This document shows, piece after piece, positions 59,794 to 64,000 of a DNA stretch of 64,000 nt. Position 1 is the stretch's first letter; each line of letters begins with the position of its first letter. The stretch lies in IMG/VR virus record IMGVR_UViG_3300031555_004349, positions 1 to 64,000 of that record. One strand, 5' to 3'. Under the pieces are notes generated by a model. It was not told the origin of the DNA. It saw only the letters and a list, made by a program, of their open reading frames with translations, and made no database searches. The DNA comes from a virus. Taxonomy: Duplodnaviria; Caudoviricetes. Made by a program: the position numbers and the translations under genes.

Positions 59794-60792
59794 TTAATTT
59801 AATAAAGCTTTCCACTCATCTAAAACTACTTCAACTAATTCTTGTTGTTCAGGTGTTGTTTCAGATAATTTAGTTGGTTTTCCAAAAGTTTTTAAAAGAA
59901 TTTCGTTTGTTAAAACCGCATTTTTTTCTTTATTTTCGTCCATTAATTTGGTAAATACTTTTTTCGCTTCATTAATTACTTCTGCAAAATCTCTTCCTTG
60001 TTTAGTAAAGAAAGAATTTCCTTTTTCTGTTTCACTAATTTCTGTGCTATCTTCCTTAGCTTGAGCTTCTATTGCACAATAAAGTTCTTCTACTAAATTG
60101 TCATAACTCATTTCTATTTTTGGGTTAAGGAAAGAGAAACGTGAACCAGCTTCAAATCTGTCATTTCCTCTAGTGTAAATATATCTATTTCCGTCCTCAC
60201 TTGATAATCTCAAGTAAGCTATAATATCAACTAATCTATTAACTATTAGTTTAGGTCTATCTGCCAATGTAGGCATAATTTTTTGGAATTCTTGTCCTGA
60301 CTCAGTTTTTATAGTTCTTGTTGTTTCATGAGAAATTATTACTAAACCATAACCTAGCATAGCTATTTGTCTAAGCGCGCCATCAAATTCTTTTTTACAT
60401 AAATCATACCCCTTACCCCAAGGAATATCTCCTAAGGCTTTTGGTACTTCTCCTGTACTTTCATTTATATTTGATGAGCATATATATTTCTCACAATAGT
60501 CCCAAGCTATATCAGCTGTATCAATTGTTATTGTGTTAAACTTCTCTTTTACTTCTGGTTTTTCTAATTGTTTAAGAACTTGCTTAAATTCACTCCATTT
60601 TAAAATAGGTTGAATCATTTTATTATTTAATGCATTGTAACCTGGTTCAAATGCTAATAATAAGTTCTTAGGAAACTGCGCGGCTAGAGTTGTTTTTCCT
60701 ATTTTTGGACTTCCATAAATTAATATATATTTTCCTTTTAAATCTTTATTAATTTTTACTGGTTCTAAATTCATTAAATCAATCATTCTCAA
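59794..60792 (-). CDS. AAA ATPase (Sak4-like recombination protein)
   Basis: YGSPKIGKTT, ITIDTAD, WGKGY, IISHE; adjacent to the SSB-like gene. Confidence 0.8.
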   Translation of the reverse strand: MRMIDLMNLEPVKINKDLKGKYILIYGSPKIGKTTLAAQFPKNLLLAFEPGYNALNNKMIQPILKWSEFKQVLKQLEKPEVKEKFNTITIDTADIAWDYCEKYICSSNINESTGEVPKALGDIPWGKGYDLCKKEFDGALRQIAMLGYGLVIISHETTRTIKTESGQEFQKIMPTLADRPKLIVNRLVDIIAYLRLSSEDGNRYIYTRGNDRFEAGSRFSFLNPKIEMSYDNLVEELYCAIEAQAKEDSTEISETEKGNSFFTKQGRDFAEVINEAKKVFTKLMDENKEKNAVLTNEILLKTFGKPTKLSETTPEQQELVEVVLDEWKALLN

Positions 60793-60826
60793 CTATCCTC
60801 CTCTTACCGTACTCAAAGACTTTGGA

Positions 60827-61705
60827 CTAAAATCCAAAGTCATTTGAAGTTGCAGCTACTTGTGTTTGTGGTTTTGGTTGTTGAGCTTCTTGTTTAACTT
60901 TTTCCATTCTGTCTTTTCTTACTGCTAATGCAGCTTTTATATCTTCATCACTATAAGAGTTTTCTTCGTCTAATCCTTCAGCTGAACCTCTTTCGATTAA
61001 TAATTCTTTAACTCTTCTTGTGTATGTTCTTACTTCATTTTCACCGAAACCTGCTTCAATTTCTTGTTCAACTGTTTCAGCTGTATATCTTAAACGTCCA
61101 CCCATTTGAACAGTATCTCCTTCTTTCCAGTTAGCTTTAATGAAAGTAATTGCAGTTGGTTCTTCAACTATAAATTTAATTACTTCTGTTTTGTCAGCGT
61201 AACCAACTAAAGCAGCTCTAATAATTAATCTTCCAGTATCAACCATTTCACCATCTTGATTTTTTTGTTCATCAATTATTTGTAATAATTTTCCAATTAC
61301 TCTGAATTTAGTTTCTGGTTTGAAATTTGTAGCATTTACTTTTGTAAAGAAATTACTATTGATTTTTGTTGTAGAAATAACTTCTGTACCATTTTGAGGC
61401 ATAAATAAATTTTCATTCATTTTTGCTCCTCTAATTTGTACTCTTGTAGCATTTTCTTCTCCTGCGCTTGCAATACTGTTAAATTCTTTTAATTGTTGTA
61501 ATCTTGCGTAGTTTTGGTTAGGTGTTCCATCTTTCTTTTTATCTGCTGATATAAATCCTACTGGAATTTCACTAACTTCTCCTTTTTCTTCTACTCTTAC
61601 AACTATTTCTCCAGCAACATATTTTTTGTCGCCTTTGTCTATATCTCTAATATTTACTTCTGATACAATACCTGTAATGTCAACTTGATTTAAACTTTCT
61701 TTCAT
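60827..61705 (-). CDS. Putative single-stranded DNA-binding protein
   Basis: NQVDITG N-terminus, beta-rich, acidic/aromatic tail DFGF, optimal codons. Confidence 0.65.
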   Translation of the reverse strand: MKESLNQVDITGIVSEVNIRDIDKGDKKYVAGEIVVRVEEKGEVSEIPVGFISADKKKDGTPNQNYARLQQLKEFNSIASAGEENATRVQIRGAKMNENLFMPQNGTEVISTTKINSNFFTKVNATNFKPETKFRVIGKLLQIIDEQKNQDGEMVDTGRLIIRAALVGYADKTEVIKFIVEEPTAITFIKANWKEGDTVQMGGRLRYTAETVEQEIEAGFGENEVRTYTRRVKELLIERGSAEGLDEENSYSDEDIKAALAVRKDRMEKVKQEAQQPKPQTQVAATSNDFGF

Positions 61706-61776
61706 TATTTTTCAATCCTCCAAAATACTTTAATAATTTAATTTTAACCTTTAACTATTATTAGAAATAAAGTGCC

Positions 61777-61813
61777 AAAAAGGAACTTGATTAATTTACT
61801 AATCAAATTCCTT
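61777..61813 (-). terminator. Probable terminator
   Basis: Minus strand AGGAATTTGATTA...TAATCAAGTTCCT followed by TTTT. Confidence 0.6.
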
Positions 61814-61837
61814 ATTTGGAATTATTTATATTATAAA

Positions 61838-62128
61838 TTATTCTGCTTCTACAACAGCGTCTGGGTCGAAACTATATCCAGCTTCTGTTAAGCTGATTAA
61901 TTTGATTTCTTTTTCAATATCGTTTCCATTTTTGTCTTTTGCTGGAACTACAGCTACTTCTCTCATAGCTAATCCTTTTTTACACATTCCTGTTACAGAA
62001 CCTGTAACTGCTGGAGATGTAACTCCTGCTGCTTCAGCTAATTCAGCTGTTTGCCATTTTTTTCCTTCTGCATAGTGTGCTTTTAATGTTTCTAATACTT
62101 TTCTTGAACCTTCTGTCATTTTTGCCAT
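61838..62128 (-). CDS. Winged HTH DNA-binding protein (LexA N-terminal-domain-like)
   Basis: TAELAEAAGVTSPAVTGSVTGMCKKGL HTH; own promoter and terminator; optimal codons. Confidence 0.7.
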   Translation of the reverse strand: MAKMTEGSRKVLETLKAHYAEGKKWQTAELAEAAGVTSPAVTGSVTGMCKKGLAMREVAVVPAKDKNGNDIEKEIKLISLTEAGYSFDPDAVVEAE

Positions 62129-62200
62129 TTTAAAAATCCTCCATAAATTTAAATATATTTTTTTTATTTTAACTCCGAGAGTTTTTCTCTCTTCATTTTC

Positions 62201-62238
62201 TATAATATAATTATAACATTTTTTTAGAAAAAAATCAA
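62201..62238 (-). promoter_or_regulatory. Promoter with conserved 18-bp core (copy 4)
   Basis: TTGATT-17-TATAAT containing TGTTATAATTATATTATA. Confidence 0.75.
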
Positions 62239-62258
62239 ATATTTTCTTTCAAAATTTT

Positions 62259-64000
62259 CTAATTTTCAAGCAAAATCGCATTTTTAACTAAGTTAGTATT
62301 GGTTACTTTTATCATTTGAACACCAATAGTCATACGACTTTGTGATGGAATAGTGTCTACTTTTAATTTTAATGAAGATAGTTTAGAATTTACTATAATT
62401 GTATCACTCTTTTTATTAGTTAATACAACACTTGCAACATAGTCATCTTCTTCTTTGAATTTACAAATTGAACTTCCTTTTGTTGCACGATTTGCTATAG
62501 AAAATTCTTTTATTGAAGTTCTTTTTCCATAACCTTTTGCCGTAATTGAAACCACTTCTTCAATACTATTATTAACAATTTCCATTGCAATAACTTCATT
62601 ACCTTCTGAAAGTCCTATTCCTTTAACTCCCATTGTATTTCTTCCAGTTGTAGGAAAATCTGCTTGGTCTAATAATAAACAATTTCCTAACTTTGTTGCT
62701 AAAAATATTTTATCATCTTCGCGCTCAATTAATTGTGTACTCACTAATTCATCATCTTCACGTACTTTTAAAGCAATTAATCCAGTTTTTCTACTTCCAT
62801 TTAAATATTCTCTCATTTCCGTTTTCTTAACTGTACCATTTTTGGTTGCAAAAATTACATATTTATAATGTTTTGCATTATCATAAGATAAAATATTTGT
62901 AACATATTCATTATTTTTCAAAGCTAAAAGTTGATTGATATAAGTTTCTTCATTAAGTGGAATATCAGCTAGCGAAATATTGTAGCTTTTTCCAAAGTTT
63001 GTAAACACCAAAACTTGTTCAGTTGTTTTTCCTACAATTGTTTTCCAGATATAATCTGTTTTACTTGCAAATTTAATTTTAGCACCTATCGTACCTCTTT
63101 TTTGAGTAGATAACTCACTAATTTCTTTTGCAACAATTGCGCCTCTATTAGAAATATAAGCAATAATAGCTTTTTCTTCTACAATTGGAGCTTCTTCGCT
63201 AACATTATCGATTATAGTTCTTCTGTCGTCTCCATATTTTTTACTTACTTCTAATAAATTATTTTCCATTACTTGTAAAAATTCTTTTTCGTTTGTTAAC
63301 AACAAATTATAATGCTCAATTTCTTCTTCAAGTTTTTCTTTCTCTTGTTGTATTTTTGCTATTTCCATATTAACTAAACGATTTAATTTTAAATCTAAAA
63401 TAGCTTTTGCTTGTCTTTCTGAAAAACCATAATTATTCATAAGAGCAATACAAGCTGCGGCTGAATTTGGTTGACTCTTAATTAAAGCAACTATTTCATC
63501 GATAATTGATAACGCTTTTAAGTAACCTTCTACAATTTCTAATCTAGCTTTTGCTTTATTTAAATCAAATATAATTTTATTTCTTAAAACTTTTTTACTA
63601 TGTGCTAGATATTCTAATAGAGCTTCTTTTAAACCAAAAATTTGTGGTATTTTACCATCTTTTAGCATAACCATATTTATACTAAAATAAGATTGTAAAG
63701 CAGTATTTTTGTATAAAAAGTCTTTTACTTTACCAAAGTTGGCATTGTTATCAACTGTAATTTTAATTAATGGTTGAGTTCCTGTTAAGTCTAAAAACTT
63801 TACTATACCACATTCGGGATTTGCTTCCATAGCTTCAGTTAATTGTTTACAAATCGTATTTGTGTATACACCATAAGGCAATTCTGTAACAACTAATTGA
63901 TTGTTTTGGAAATCACTTTCTATTTTTGCTCTAATTTTAATAGAAGTTCCAGTACCGTTTTTAATTGACTCTTTAATTTCTTCTCCATTAATTATTGTTG
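62259..64000 (-). CDS. gyrA: DNA gyrase/topoisomerase IIA subunit A, partial (5' end outside window)
   Basis: VTELPY, QAKAILDLKL, YGDDRRT, GyrA-box-like QKRGTIG, beta-pinwheel repeats; frame open to the window edge. Confidence 0.88.
   Translation of the reverse strand, partial: TIINGEEIKESIKNGTGTSIKIRAKIESDFQNNQLVVTELPYGVYTNTICKQLTEAMEANPECGIVKFLDLTGTQPLIKITVDNNANFGKVKDFLYKNTALQSYFSINMVMLKDGKIPQIFGLKEALLEYLAHSKKVLRNKIIFDLNKAKARLEIVEGYLKALSIIDEIVALIKSQPNSAAACIALMNNYGFSERQAKAILDLKLNRLVNMEIAKIQQEKEKLEEEIEHYNLLLTNEKEFLQVMENNLLEVSKKYGDDRRTIIDNVSEEAPIVEEKAIIAYISNRGAIVAKEISELSTQKRGTIGAKIKFASKTDYIWKTIVGKTTEQVLVFTNFGKSYNISLADIPLNEETYINQLLALKNNEYVTNILSYDNAKHYKYVIFATKNGTVKKTEMREYLNGSRKTGLIALKVREDDELVSTQLIEREDDKIFLATKLGNCLLLDQADFPTTGRNTMGVKGIGLSEGNEVIAMEIVNNSIEEVVSITAKGYGKRTSIKEFSIANRATKGSSICKFKEEDDYVASVVLTNKKSDTIIVNSKLSSLKLKVDTIPSQSRMTIGVQMIKVTNTNLVKNAILLEN

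Noticed and set aside
1-64000. Stop-codon reassignment or tRNA genes
   Set aside because: Long genes are intact in the standard code and end in TAA, TAG and TGA; no tRNA cloverleaf recognised in the short intergenic spaces

Overview
AT-rich (roughly 28% GC by eye) 64-kb segment of a large tailed dsDNA phage of a low-GC Firmicute, probably a Clostridia-type anaerobe. Gene order resembles SPbeta-like siphoviruses. Layout: (i) 1-1269, small leftward early-type genes with perfect TTGACA-17-TATAAT promoters; (ii) ~1270-1785, a repeat-rich divergent control region with three Firmicutes LexA boxes and the only GATC I found; (iii) 1786-42286 (+), morphogenesis and lysis: terminase, portal, protease/scaffold, capsid, neck, two tail-tube paralogues, 3223-aa tape measure, Dit, Tal-like protein, fibres, amidase, holin; (iv) 42357-64000 (-), replication and nucleotide metabolism: RuvC-like, ThyX, dUTPase, NrdDG, DnaE split by a +1 frameshift, 3D protein, RecJ, primase, DnaB-like helicase, AAA ATPase, SSB-like, wHTH, partial GyrA. 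The most unusual signals are genome-wide iteration of GCGCG/CGCGC alongside near-total GATC avoidance, the LexA-box/repeat cluster (with a LexA-DBD-like phage protein elsewhere in the window), the GGG-CGG +1 frameshift just before the third catalytic Asp of DnaE, and an identical 18-bp promoter core used four times. All calls come from manual reading with no database searches; counts are approximate hand counts.
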